A stretch of 64,000 bases of DNA from Rebecca billardiae RCC1528 (Eukaryota; Protista; Haptophyta). How positions within the stretch are numbered: the first letter of the stretch is position 1; each line of letters starts with the position of its first letter. The stretch covers positions 310,001 to 374,000 of the forward strand of contig OZ251244.1 in NCBI GenBank assembly GCA_965240325.2, written 5' to 3'. Below the pieces are notes generated by a model. That model was given only the letters and a program-made list of their open reading frames with translations. It was not told the DNA's origin and made no database searches. A program made the position numbers and the translations under genes. Positions 42,525-54,925 of this stretch are shown in pieces.

Positions 42525-45500
42525 CAGGCCTGGTATACGGACGACCCCGGGCGGGCGCCGCCGCGTTGCCGGGCGTCGCGGGCGCGCGGTGGCGCGGACC
42601 GCCGGCGGCGTGGCGTGGGGCGCGTGCGCGTCCGTGGCTTATATTCAGCGACGATTATATTATTAGAGTTCAATTCGACGGACGAGCGTCACGAGCGGCC
42701 CGCCCGCCGCGCCGCATCGGCGCCGCGTGAGGCAGTGCGCGGCATGTCGGCGGCCGCAGGCCCGCAGCGCACTGCATGTACGCATCGATCGGCATCATCA
42801 TCGGTCATCAGGCGATTTAGGCTTACTCCGCTTAGCGATTACACTGCAGGCACCGCGCGTTCACACGGTTGGCACTATACCTCACTGTAGGGGGGCCAAA
42901 TCGCCCATTTAATAAAAAAATCCAAGCCGCGGCGCATTTTCGCTCCTCCCTCGGCCTTTTAGGGTGGCGCGGAGCCTTTTTCTCGGACCTCGCTCGAAAA
43001 TCGAGCTCCGACGCGTTCGGGCGCTCAGAGCTCGGTTCCGCTCGAGCACGAGCGGCCGGAGGCAGTGGACCGCAGCGCGCTCGCGACCTATTATACGCCG
43101 AGATGGTCTCGGGAGCGCGCGCGCGTGACGCTGGTGGGCGCTACTGACCCTTGTCTTTGCGCCACCAGCGGCTCACCACCCGCTTCTTGGCCACCTCGCG
43201 CCGCGCGCGGCGCGCATCGGCCGGCTTGAATTGGCGCGCTGCGTACGCTCATCACGCTACCGCACGGTGTGGCTCATGATCAACTCGCACAGTTGAGATC
43301 GATGCTCGCACCAAGTGCCCATGTATGTATGTGGATGCCCAGCTCGCCTAACCTGCCCTGCTGCGCCGGAATCGCCGTCAGCAGACCGGCGCGAGCTCGC
43401 GCGCAACACCTCCGCGGAGCTCGCAACTGTCATGTTCCGCTTGTAGGGCCCGTTTTTGCACCTTCCGTGGCACTTGCGATGGTCAGCACGTTGGGTATGG
43501 GTCACGCGTGCCCCCAGATGGCGTCGGGGCGCCTCCCATTCGCCTCTCAGGACGTCGCGGACGTGCTCGCAGGCTGCGGATGGCTCATTCGACAGGTCCG
43601 ACGTGCACTCGACCGTGCCTGCAAGCGCGCCCCTGGGACGCGCATGCCTGCAGAAGCAGATGCAGATGGGCCCCCATGCACCCTGGTGCGCCCACGACCG
43701 GCGGGAGCGTCAGAGACCGTCTCAATCTTGACATCTCGCACACGCCGGCGCGTGCCGTTGGGCTCCGCGCAGTCAGCCAGGAGCGCCGAACAGCGCCGGA
43801 TCAGCCTCTGTAGGCCGAATACCCGCCCCAAAGCCCATAATTAGCGCGGAACAGGGTAGAGCGTGCCTATATGGACCGATCCCATCCAGCCTGGTTTGGC
43901 GCAGAGACGCCAGCCACCGCCTGGAGCAGGTGTTTGCTGCCGAATCGCGCATGCTCGGCACTGTGCCGCACTGCGACGACGACAGATTTGACCTGCCTCG
44001 TATGTATCGGCCATGGAGCGGTGACGGTTGGCTCGAGTGACTTCAAACCTTGACTATGATCGAGAGTACTCCCGGGCTGAGGACATGGGGCCGGTGCTTT
44101 GGGTCCATCATGTCTGCAATACGCCGTACGCGTGGCCGTATACACAGTCTGAAAACGTATCTCGCAGCTCGAGATCTTACGAGACTGTATTCATCAGCAT
44201 GGCGCCTATATACACGGTGGATATGTAACGACCAGTGGCTTCCGGGAAACTACGTGTTTGACAGCCTGCCAGTACACAGCCTATATCACATGACATTGGG
44301 ACCTGCTGCTGCTGGGGACTCAGAACGATATCTTGCTGAGATGCTCTATCTGACTATCAAAGTGAGGTCGGCGACATGCTCTATATATGTCACATATAGG
44401 ACGACGGCCGTTACATACCGTTTCCAATACTACGTTCAGGCTCGTTCTAACATAAGTAAATATGCTCGCCGTTACGCCCTATTTTCAGGGTATGTGGCAC
44501 CTGCTTTTTTTCCTTGGCTGGCCCAGACCCCTCCAGAGGGCAAATGATCCAGCCCGAAATCAGCGCTAAACACTCAGCTAGGATAACCAGCGCTCGTAGC
44601 CGCGTCAGTCACGTCACACACAGTGCCGGAAAACTGCTCAGGGTGACGTTTTAAGTTGTCCGCACCACTAGTCGAATCATCGGACAATTCTGAAGCGGTG
44701 CGCCTAAATTCGGCGCACCATAGGCGCGTCGAATCGTGGCACAGACCTTGGTAGCAGGCCACACCTGAGCGCGCTGCGCGCGCCGACGCGCGCTCGGCGC
44801 GGGCAAAAAATCATGCGCCGTTGGCATTACGCAGCCCCGCGCAGCGCTGTGCTCGAGCTCGGCGGCGGCGAAAGCGGGCGGGCGCACACGGCGGTGCCCG
44901 TGCGCGCTGCTCCGAGCGCAGCTGCGGCCACCCCGGCGGCATAACGCCGGTCGAGGGCACGAAAACCGATTTTTCGGGAAAATGCAGAGCAGCGGCGCCC
45001 GAGCGCGCCCGAGCTCGTCGCAGCACAGTCTCCTGGTGGCTGCGCCCCGTGAAGCCACGCCACGCGGGGCGCTGGCGTGCGCGTGGCCTGCGCCCACCGT
45101 GCGCTGCCCGATCATGGCCGTCGACCGCTCCGAGCGCCTCACCACGCGTGCTCGAGCCCACCGATACTGACGCCCGAGCACGGTGCCGGCAGCGCTCGCA
45201 GGTGGGCGTCGGAGAAAACACGCCGGCCGAACGAGCTTGAAGCGTCCGCCGCGATGCCAACGGCAGCGGACGACGTGCGCGCCACCTCGGCGCCAGTCGC
45301 CCAGCCCTTGCGCGGCGGTGCGGGCTCGCTCGTTCGCCGCCATCAGCTGCGCGCGCGCAGCCCGATCACTGCCCGCTGGTTCTGTTGTCGAGCAGCTGCG
45401 GCCTGCCACGCGCACTGCCGGACATTGAGCCACAGCGCGAGCACGCGCCTCGTCTGGCACGCGCGAGCACTCAGCATCGTGCGTGGCCACCATGACGCGC

Positions 45501-45689
45501 CCATCTGCGCCAGCAGCGATGAGCACGCCGCCGTTCAGCTCGCATCGGGCTCGCTCGCGACGCAGCAACGCGCGGCCGTAGCGGCAGCAGCGGCGCCGTC
45601 GAGCACGCGCAGCAAACAAATATGCAGCGCGGGCGAGTCGACGGTCTGGAAAATGCGCGATCACGCCACAGCAGGCTGGCAGAGCCCGC

Positions 45690-46320
45690 CCGAGCTGCAG
45701 CATGCCGTAGGTGCTGCCCCAAGCTCTCGACTGCCCGTAAGCGGCGGCATGTGCGGCGGCGCCGGCGGCGGCCATGCTGCCACGCCGTTGCGCGCCGCGG
45801 GGCGCCGTCGGCACCTCTGTGGTGAAGCGCACAGAGCTCGAGCCCACGGGGGCTGGCGACCGTCAAACCGACACCCCATGACGCGGGGCTGCGTGCGCCA
45901 GCTGCGCGCACTCCGTGGGCCCACCTAGCCCGCTCGAGCAGCTCGCCTTGGGTGCGCGCAGCGGCTCGAGCACACTGGTATGGGACGCCTGCCTGCGGTG
46001 CCGCCGAGCACATGCGGCCGACGGTCACTCAGCACGGGCGACTCGACGGCGGCGAGCAGGCGCGACGGCCTCGCCGCGCCGCGGAAAAGCCTGCCCGGGC
46101 TGCAGCACGCCGTAGGAGCAGCCCAGCGCCCTCCTCCGCCCTCCAGCTTCGGCGCGCGCAGCAGGCCCGGCGGCGGCCATGCTGGCGTGCCCAAGCATGA
46201 AGATGGGCGCGGCCGGCCGCGCCGTCGCAAAGCGCGCAGAACTCGAGCTCGGGGGGGCGGACGGCCGCCAAACTGGCGCGGCAGGACGTGGCACTGCGTG
46301 CGCCAGCTACGCGCACCCGC
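45690..46320. repeat. Old diverged duplication (~45690-45912 vs ~46097-46317), probably decayed coding sequence
   Basis: Shared blocks gctgcagca(t/c)gccgtagg, ggcggcggccatgctg and ctgcgtgcgccagct(g/a)cgcgcac. Confidence 0.55.
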
Positions 46321-47779
46321 TGCGCCCGCGTGGCCCGTGCGAGCGCCGCGCCTCGAGCACACGCAGCTGCTCGACACAGCCACGGCAGTGTGGCTTGTGC
46401 GCGTGCACGTGATCAGTCTCAGCTCTGAGGCGCGCGCTCAGGAGGGCTGCGGCCGGGCCGAGCGCGATCTGCGCGGACGGTACAGCCTGGCGGCTCATGC
46501 CAGCCAGCCCAAAGCCCGCTCCGCCATCCGCGTCATGGCGCTCCAGCCTCTCGCGTGCTGCGCTGCAGCCGCGCTCGGCAAACGGACGTCGCCCAGCCCG
46601 CCTTGCACGCGGCTGAGCAGTGGCAGCCAGGCGAAGCGTCGTCGCGGGCGAGGCTGCGCTGGGTGATGCGGCTCGGGTCGGTGGGCAAGTCGCACCCCGC
46701 CGTCGGTCGCCTCCACGCCTCAGGCTCGCTCGAGGTCAAAGACAACTGCGCGGCGCGGCGTTTGCGCGGGCGGGCCGCGGGCGTGGCGGGGTGTACGCGT
46801 GCAATGTCACAGCCTCCCACACAATTTCAGGAGGGTGAGACGCACCGCCAGCGGCACCCGCACACAATCCCACCCTGCGCGAGCCACCTGCCGTGTCGAC
46901 TGAAGCATCAGGCTCGGGCGCAACCGCGGGCGGTGCATGCAAGAAGCTCGCGAAACGCACCGCGCGCGCCGTGAGGGCGAAAGGAGAGCACCCGTCAGGG
47001 CGGCGAGGAACTTGCCCAGCGCCACGCGGAAGACGACCCCAGCCCGCGTCGACGCATAGTCGGGCCCGCGAGCAGCCTCGTCGGTCTTCGCCGAGTAGAT
47101 CGCGCCGCGAGCCGAGGCACCGCTCGTTTGAGGCTCCGTCCGCCGCGAAGTCGCGGCTTCCACCCGAGTTCCACTGTCCGGCCGAGACCGGATTCGCTGA
47201 CTCGAGCTGCGGACCGTCCGAAGCGTCACGGAAAATTCCAATCCTGCACTGTGCAGTGCCACTTCAGTCACTCGGGTCCTTATGCCCCTACGACTACCCG
47301 TCAGCTGCTCGTATAGTAAGTAATACGACGCCATCTGGTGATGTGACAGTAAGTCACAGCGGTCACGCGCCGGGCGCCCGGCAGGCTCCGCAGCACAGTT
47401 ATCACTCGGTGCGGACGCACCGTCTCTGCTAGGACACTGCATGCCGATTTGCCAACCTCCGGCACCGGGCCGCCTGGCGCGCAGGCCGCAGCTGTGCGCC
47501 GTGCCGGGGCACTGCCGGACGCCAGTCCGAACCCGCCGGCAGCAAGCGCAGCTGTCCGCCTCGCCAGCGGCATGCCGTGCGTGGCACTGCCTCGCGCAGC
47601 CTCAGCCTGAGCGCACCGGCGCGGCATCCTGCCGCAGCGCTGTACCCGAGCAGCCCGTGCACCGCGCCCACGCGCCGCAGTCGCGCGTGCCGACGTGGCT
47701 CGCCGAGCACCGCTCGGGTTCGCCGCCCCGCCTGCCGCCCTCGCCCCTCCCCGGCCGCGCGGCGGCACGCCGCGCGCGC

Positions 47780-48967
47780 TCACGGCCGGCGGTGGTTCCC
47801 CACATGACCCAGCTGCGCGCGCGCCATCTGCCGCTCGAGCTCCTCGAGAGTGAGCACTTCTCCCGGTGGGGCCTCTGGGCCGCCGAGCGGCGGGCCGAGC
47901 GGCGGGCCGCCTGCCGCGCCGGCGGGCAGCGCACCCGCGCCGGCGGGCAGCCCGGCGACGCCGGAGCCAAACCATCGGGCGAGGCTGTTCGAGTCCTGCA
48001 GCTGCGGCTGCTGCCCTGGGAAGGGCGGCATGGCGCTCGAGTCCTGCAGCTGCGGCTGCTGCCCTGGGAAGGGCGGCATGGCGCTCGGCGTGGCTCGTGC
48101 CGGCTGCGGCGGCAGGCCGGGCGGCTGGTGCTGCGCGTGCGGCGGCGCGTGCGAGTGGAGCGCGTGCGCGAGGGCGTGCGGCCCGCCCGCGCCGGCCGGC
48201 GGCAGCCCGCCCACCGAGCCGGGCACGCCCAGTCCGGTGCCCCAGAGTCCGGACGATGAGGCGTGGCCGCCGGCGATGCCGATGCCCGCGGGGCCGGCTG
48301 CTGGCCACGGCGGCTGCTGCTGCGGCTGCGGCGGCGGTTGGGGCGGCTGCGGCGGCGGCGTCTTGCCGCCGTGCGGCGAGTCCGCCGCGCTGAGCAGGCC
48401 CGGCGGCAGCAGGCCCGACGGCGTGCCCAGCTGCGGCACGGCGCCCGCGCGCGCGCGCCCTGCGCCGCCGCTCAGCGCGCTCGGCGTGTCGCCCGGCGCG
48501 GAGGTGCTCGACGCGCTGCGCGAGAGCGGCGAGGCCTGCGCGGCCGCGGGGATCTGCGGCGGTGTCCTGTGCGGCGCCGAGCGCGACAACGCATCCGCCA
48601 CGCTCGTCACCGGCGAGCGCCCACCCGGCGTCGAGTTGAGCGACGGCGACGCGTGGTCCGAGCCGGCGCGTCGCCAGGACGAGTCGCGCGACGGCGGGCG
48701 CTCAGAGTAGTAGCCGTGGCGCGGCGGCGTCGCCTCGCCGCTCTGGCTGTACAGCTGCTTCACGGCGACCGCCGACAGCCGCTGGTACAGGCCGAGGAGC
48801 TCGGGCGCGCACGGCGGCGGCGCGGGCAGCGCGGCGCGCAGCGCCTGCATCGCCCCGACGTCCAGCGGGCCGGTGGGCGCGGCGGGCACGGGCGGCGGCG
48901 CCGGCGGCGGCTTGCCCTGCTGCGCCGCAGCGAGCATCTGCCGCTCGAGCTCCTCCACCGAGATCAT
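47780..48967 (-). CDS. Pro/Gln/Gly-rich disordered protein with two (S/T)(V/L)EELERQM motifs
   Basis: ATG 48967 MISVEELERQM; C-terminal LARWF and VLTLEELERQM; internal duplication SAMPPFPGQQPQLQDS x2. Confidence 0.7.
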   Translation of the reverse strand: MISVEELERQMLAAAQQGKPPPAPPPVPAAPTGPLDVGAMQALRAALPAPPPCAPELLGLYQRLSAVAVKQLYSQSGEATPPRHGYYSERPPSRDSSWRRAGSDHASPSLNSTPGGRSPVTSVADALSRSAPHRTPPQIPAAAQASPLSRSASSTSAPGDTPSALSGGAGRARAGAVPQLGTPSGLLPPGLLSAADSPHGGKTPPPQPPQPPPQPQQQPPWPAAGPAGIGIAGGHASSSGLWGTGLGVPGSVGGLPPAGAGGPHALAHALHSHAPPHAQHQPPGLPPQPARATPSAMPPFPGQQPQLQDSSAMPPFPGQQPQLQDSNSLARWFGSGVAGLPAGAGALPAGAAGGPPLGPPLGGPEAPPGEVLTLEELERQMARAQLGHVGNHRRP

Positions 48968-49117
48968 TCTCGGCGCGTGCGGAAGGAGGGCGCCGACTGC
49001 CGCGGCTGAGTGCTTGCTTGTGCTGTATGCTCGCGCGCTGATGATGACGACCGTAGCTGCCGCACGATGGCGGCCGGCCTCCATGCGTCCCAGGGGGAGT
49101 AGCAAAGCAAAAGGGGC

Positions 49118-52100
49118 ATGGCAGCGCCGACGGCGGAGGAGCTGGATGCGCTCGTGCGAGACGCGCTCGCGCGGGAGCGGCACGCCGACACCGCCGACGC
49201 CGCGCGCCTCGACGCTCTCCGCCAGCTGCCGCCCTCGCAGCTCGAGCGCGCCGCGGCTGTCGCTCGCGAGCTCGGCGCGGCGGCCGCGCGGCGCGCCGAT
49301 TGGGCCGAGGCGTGCGCGCAGCTGACGACGGCGCTCGCGGCGGGCTTCGACGGCGCGGCGGCGTCGAACCGCTCGCTCGCGCGCCTCCGCCTCGGCGACG
49401 CGCACGGCGCCGCCGCCGACGCGGCGCGCTGCGTGCTCGCCTCGCCGCGCAGCCCTAAGCCCTACTTCCGGCTTGGGTGCGCGCTGCTCGCGGCGGGCGA
49501 CGCGCGCGGGGCGACGACGGCGCTGACGCGCTGCGTCGAGCTCGCGCCGGCCGACGCGGACGCGCTGCACCGCCTGCGCGAGGCCGAGGCCGCCTACCGC
49601 ATCGGCGCGCACGCCGCGGCCACTCACGGCCGAGCGGGCGCGGCCGCAATCGGCGGCGGCGGCGGCGGCGGCGTCGGCGCTGGGGGCGCGGCGGGAGTGG
49701 CGGCGGCCGCGCCGGCGGGTGCGGGTGCGGAGGCGCTCGCGGCGCGCGCGGCGCGCGCCATCGAGCACGGCACCGCGACCGCCGTGCTCGCGCCCGAGGC
49801 AGCGCGCCGCGCGGCCGTGCACTGGCAAGACGCGTGGGCGGTGCAACCGGCCGACGCCACGCGCGGCGGCGCGCGCATGGCGCCTTGGCTGGCGGCGAGC
49901 GCGCACGGCGCGGCGCTGCACGGGGCGCTCGGGCTGCTCAGCGAGCTGCGCGCGCCCACCACCGCGCTGGGCGTGCTGCGAGACGCGCCTCTCGTGCGCG
50001 CGCTCGCGCGCGCGCTCGCGGCCGCGCACCCGCCGCGCCCGCCCGGCGGCCATGCTGCCGGCGGCCATGCTGCCGGCGGCCATGCTGCCGCTGTGTTGGT
50101 GGTGGACTCGGCGCTGGGAGTGCTGGGCTGCGCGGCGGCGGAGGCTCTGGGGCTTGGCGCCGCCGGCGGGGCGGCCGAGGCACTCGTAGGGATCGGCGGC
50201 GACGCCGCCGACGCCGACGAGGCGGCGGCGGCAGAGCACGGCGACGCGCGCCCCATCGCCCAACCCGCCGGGTCGTGCCCGCCGCCGCCGCCGCCTCCGC
50301 TGCTGCTGCTGCTGCACGAGACGGGCGGCGCGTGGTGCGCGCGCGCCGCCGCGCGCACCGTGCGCACCTACGCCACCCTGCGCGCGCTCGAGCTCGGCGC
50401 GCCGCCGCGCCGAGCGCCGCCCGCGCGCGCCGAGCGGCGCGCGCTCCGCGCCGAGGGGCGACGCAGCTTTGCGCGCGGCGACTGGCGCGGCGCGGCGCGC
50501 GCGTACTCCGTGGCGCTGTTGGGGCTGGCGCCGGAGCCGCCGGCGGCGGCGGCGGGTGCGCCGCCGCTTGAGCCGGCGCCGGCGGGCGGCGCCGCCGTGC
50601 GCGCGGAGGCGCTCGAGCGCTCGGTGCTGCTGTGCAATCGCGCGCTGTGCGCCGAGCGGCTCGGCCACCCGGCGGCTGCGCTCGCGGACGCAAACGCGGC
50701 CGCGCGCGCGGCGCTCGGCGGTGGCGGCGGCGCGGAGGCGCGCGCGGCGGGCGCCAAGGCTTGGCTGTGCGCCGCGCGCGCGCACGCGGCCCGGGGCGCG
50801 CGCGCCGACGCGGCGCACGCGGCGCGCGCGGCCATGCGCGCCGCCCGGCCCGACCGAAGCCGAGAGGCGGAGGCGCTACTGCGGCAGCTGGAGAAGACAG
50901 GTGCCGCCGCTGACGCCGCCGCGCCCGCCGCCGGGCGCGCGGCGCGCTGCCACGCGGCGAGCAGCTCGGAGCCGCCGGCGCGCGCGCCCGCCGCCGCGCC
51001 CGCCGCCGGCGCCGAGGACGCGCGGGGCGCCGGCGGGCTCGGCAGCTTGGAGCCGACCGGCGCCCCGCGGCGGTGGAGTGCCGCCGAGCTGCGCGCCGCC
51101 GCGCGGCGCACGGAGGCGCGTGTGCGCGTGCTCGCGCCCGCGCCGCCGCCTCCGCCGCCGCCCGCGGGCACGGCGCGGCTCGGCGGGCGCGAAGCGGGCG
51201 CGCGCGCCGGCGGCTCCGAGCTGCTCGCCGCGTGGCAGCGCGCCGGTCGCCCGGCGCTGGGCGCCGTCCTGCTGGGCTGCCTCGACTTTAGCGTGCTCGG
51301 CCGCGGGCTGCTGCTCCGGGCGCGCGAGGCGCGTGCGCTCGCGCGCGAGCTGCGCGCGCGGGCCGCCGCCGAGTCGGCCGCCGCCGAGCCGGCCGTGGGC
51401 GGCGGCGCGGGCGCGGAGGCGGACGTCGGCGGCGCGCGCACAGGCGCACCAGCGCGCCTCGCCGTGCTGCCCGCGGGCTGCAGGCTGCGAGGCGCGCTGG
51501 TCGAGCTCGGCGTCACCGAAGCGGCGCTCGCGCCGTTCGGCTGCGGCGACGCGGCGGCGCGCGCGCTCGGGGCCGCGTGCGCGTGGGGCCCGCACGCCAT
51601 GCAGATTGACGCCGACGATCCCGACGCGTCGGCGCTCGCCGTGCTGCGCGTGCTCAGTTCCGTCCTCAGTCTCGCGGCCCACGACCTGCGCGCGCACCCG
51701 CCGGCTGGCGGCACCGCGCCGGACGCGCCCGGGCCCCACGCCGACGACGCGGACGGCACGCCAGCGCACCGCCGCCTCTCCGCGCTCGCTGAGCTGAGCA
51801 GCCGGACGGTGCGCGTGCGCGCGCGCGCCGCGGGCGTGTGCAACGCGGTGCTGTACTGGGCGGAGCTCCCAACTGCTGACGGGGCGGTGGACGCGCCCGG
51901 CGCGGCGCCGGACGCGGCGGCGGCGGCGGCGGCGGCGGAGCGCAGCGCGCGCGGGGACGTGCTGTCGACGGCACCTGCGGCGGTGTTGGCGCAGCAGCAG
52001 CGGCGCGCGGCGGCCCGCGGCGCCGCCGACGCCGCGGGCCCACCCACAGTGCGGCTGCGCTGCGGGCAGGCTGTGCTGGCCACGGCTGGCGCGCGGCGCG

Positions 52101-53082
52101 TGCGCGAGGGCGAGGCCGTGCGGCTGACGCTGCGGTGCACGCTGACGCGCCTCTCGGCTGAGCTGCTCCCGGCGGCGGGGGCGGCGGAGGCGGAGGAGGC
52201 GGCGGGGGCGGCGGCGCGCGGGGCGGCGGAGACGGCTGCGCCGCGCGCGCAGCGGCCGGACCCCGCCGCAAGCCTAGCCGACCGCGGCAGCCCGCCGGCC
52301 GCCGACCGCGGCGCGCCTGCCGCCGCCGAGCGCGCTGCGAGCCGCCGCTCGGCCGGCGCGCCCGCCGGCGCGCCCGCGGCGCCGGAGCGCTTCGTGCCTG
52401 CGCGCTCCGACCTGGAGGGCCTGGCAAACGCTCGGCTCAACCGCATGCTCCTCGCGCGCACGCGCGCGCTGCTGCGCGCGCGCTGCGCGGCCGAGCCGGC
52501 CCTGGGCGGCGCGCGCGGCGTGTGCGTACTTATCTGCGCGCCGCCCCTGCACGCCGCCATGCTGGCGGTCGGCCTGGCCCGGCGCGCGCTCGAGCTGCGG
52601 CCGGCGGTGCGCGGCGCGAAGGGCGGCGCCGCGCGCGCGCCCGTCCGATGCGTCGCGGCGGTGGGCGCGGGCGGGCGGCGCGCAGTCGACGCGGCGCGCG
52701 CGATCGCTGCCGCTGCGGGCGTGGGCGCGCGCGTCACGCTCGTGCCCAAGTCCCTGGCCGCCCTCTCGCGCGCGGAAGATCTGGGCGGGTGCCGCGCGCA
52801 TGCGCTCCTGGTCGCGGGGTTCGACTCGGCCGACGCGCTTCTGTACGCGCCCGCGCCCGCCGCCACGACGCCGTCCGGGCGCGCAGCGGCGCGCGGCGAG
52901 CGCGGCGGCGTGTGCGGATGGTTGCGTGCACACGCCGAGTGCGCGCGCGCGCGCGGGCTGCTCGCGCCGACGCCGCCGGGCGCGGCGCCGCCCATCATCC
53001 CGGCCGTGCCCGCCGAGCCCACGGCGCCGCCGCCGAGCGGCTCGCCGGTGCAAGCCTGGGCGCAGCTCGTCACGTTCGCGGG

Positions 53083-53126
<44 letters not shown>

Positions 53127-54445
53127 CCGGCGCCGGCGCCGGCGCCGGCGCCGACGGCGCCGCGGCCGCAGGCTCGGGCAGTGCCGGCGCGGGCGGTGCG
53201 CGCGCACAGCCGCCGAGCGCGCGGCCGGCGCGTGGCGAGGGCGAGGGCGCGGCGGGCGCGGCGCACGGAGGCGCCAGCCGCGCGCTCGACCGAGCGCGCG
53301 CCGCCGCCGAGCGCGCATACGCCCTTCCCCACGCCGGTGCCGGCGGCGCCGACGGCGGCGGCCGCACCGCCGCCGACGGCGGCGGCGGAGCGGGCGAGGC
53401 GCCGCGCGGCTCGCGAGCGGCGGCCGTGGACGTGTTGGCGCGCTGCGGCCCGCGCCTCGCGCCGCTGAGCGCGCCCTTCGCCCTGCCCGCCGGCTGGCCG
53501 TGCGCGACGACGGGCGGCGCGGCCGCGCCCACGCCCGCGCGCGCGCCAGCCGAGCGGCCGCGCGCGCGCGCCGACGCGCCCGCAGGCGCGCAGCAGCAGC
53601 AGCAGGGCGACAGCGGCGCGCGCGTGCGCGTCGGCTGCGCGCGCGCCGGCCGCGCCGATGCGCTGCTGCTGTGGGTCGAGGTGGGCGCGGAGGCGGCCGC
53701 TGCGCACGGCGCCGCCGGCGCGCCGGCCGATGAGCTCGGCTCGCGCGCGCCACCCGCCGACGGCCTCCCGCCCGACCCGTCCTACCCGGATTACCCGGAT
53801 TACCCGGATTACCCGGATTACCCGGATTGCGGGTACACGTCGGGGCCGTACCCGCCGCGCGCGCCGGACGGCGCGGCGGGCGCGGGCTGCCGGCCGCGCC
53901 AGGTGCTCGCCCTGCTCGCCGCGTCGACGGCCGACGCCGCGCTGCCTCTCGTGCCGAGCGGCGGCGGCGCGACCGTTGAGCTGCTCGCGCGCCCCACGGC
54001 TGACGGGCGCGTGGCGCTGAGCGCGAGGCTGGCAGGCTCCGCTGCGCGCGCCGCCTCGGGCTCCGGAGGCCTGGGCTTGGGCGCGGCGGCCGAGGGCGCG
54101 CCAGCGGCTGTCACCGCCGCCGGCGCCGCTGCCGCCGGCGCGAGCGACAGCGGCGGGCGCGGGCGCGAGGCCGAGTGGGCCGACGGCACGGCGGGGCCGA
54201 CGGCGGCGCAGGCGGAGGCGGACGCGGCGGCGGTGGCGGCGGCGGCCGAGTGCGACGGCGCGTGGGAGGCGCGGTGCGCGCGCGCGGAGGAGCAGTGGGA
54301 CCGGCTCTCGGCCGAGCTGGCGCTGCGCCCGCTGGAGCTGCGGAGCGTTGGCGAGGCGGCCGTGAGGATGGCGGCAGACCCGGCCGCACACGCGCTCGAC
54401 GCTGCGGTCGCCCTCGCCGCGGCTGAGCAGCACCTGATGCGCTGA
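49118..54445 (+). CDS. TPR + degenerate tandem PRMT-like (PRMT7/9-like) protein, 1775 aa
   Basis: Two TPR clusters (SNRSLARL.LG..., LLCNRALC..RLG). PRMT-like remnants VLVVDSALGVLG, LDFSVLGRGLL, LP...LRGALVE, GVCNAVLYW and a second GRADALLLW. Confidence 0.65.
53085..53155 (+). repeat. Coding hexamer repeats (gcggac)n/(gccggc)n encoding (AD)n(AG)n
   Basis: Visible tandem repeat. Confidence 0.85.
53783..53828 (+). repeat. Coding 9-bp repeat (tacccggat)x5 encoding (YPD)5
   Basis: Visible tandem repeat. Confidence 0.9.
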
Positions 54446-54925
54446 GTGGCAGTCTATAGTCCGACCCGCGCCGGTCCGTGCGGCACGCGGGCTGGGCCGC
54501 AGCCGAGCAGCCGCAGCAGAAGACCCTGTGCCGTCCGCGACGGCCGACGCGGTGACCGCGGCCGCGGTCGTCTCGGTGGCCCGACCAGTCCGCGAAATGG
54601 GGCCGCTTGCGGAAGTGCGTGCTGCCGCGCGCCATGCGCAACGGGGCAGCGGCGGCCTGGGACAGTCTCGGCGCCATTGGGCCACGATGACACCCACGTC
54701 GGTCGTCCGACGACCCAACTCGGCATTCTTGAGCGGGGCGCGGCCATGCACTCTTGCATTCTTGCCAAGTCCGCGGGCGCGCGCATCCGCATCCGCAAGC
54801 CGAATGGCCGGTGTTCGGCCTTGGCTTTCAAGCCACGTCGTGTCACGGCCCTTGGTCGTGTGGCCGGAGTCTGAAGTCTTGAGGCAGTCCTGCGCTGCGC
54901 TGACGAAGCCCGCCCGATCGCGGCC

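Noticed and set aside
44650-47440. ORFs 44651-45847 and neighbours as an ankyrin-like gene
   Set aside because: Only faint motif hints in changing frames; kept only as a decayed duplication.
53783-53828. Short tandem repeats (also 41.6-41.8 kb) as a CRISPR array
   Set aside because: No unique spacers, no cas genes, eukaryotic context; the YPD repeat is coding.
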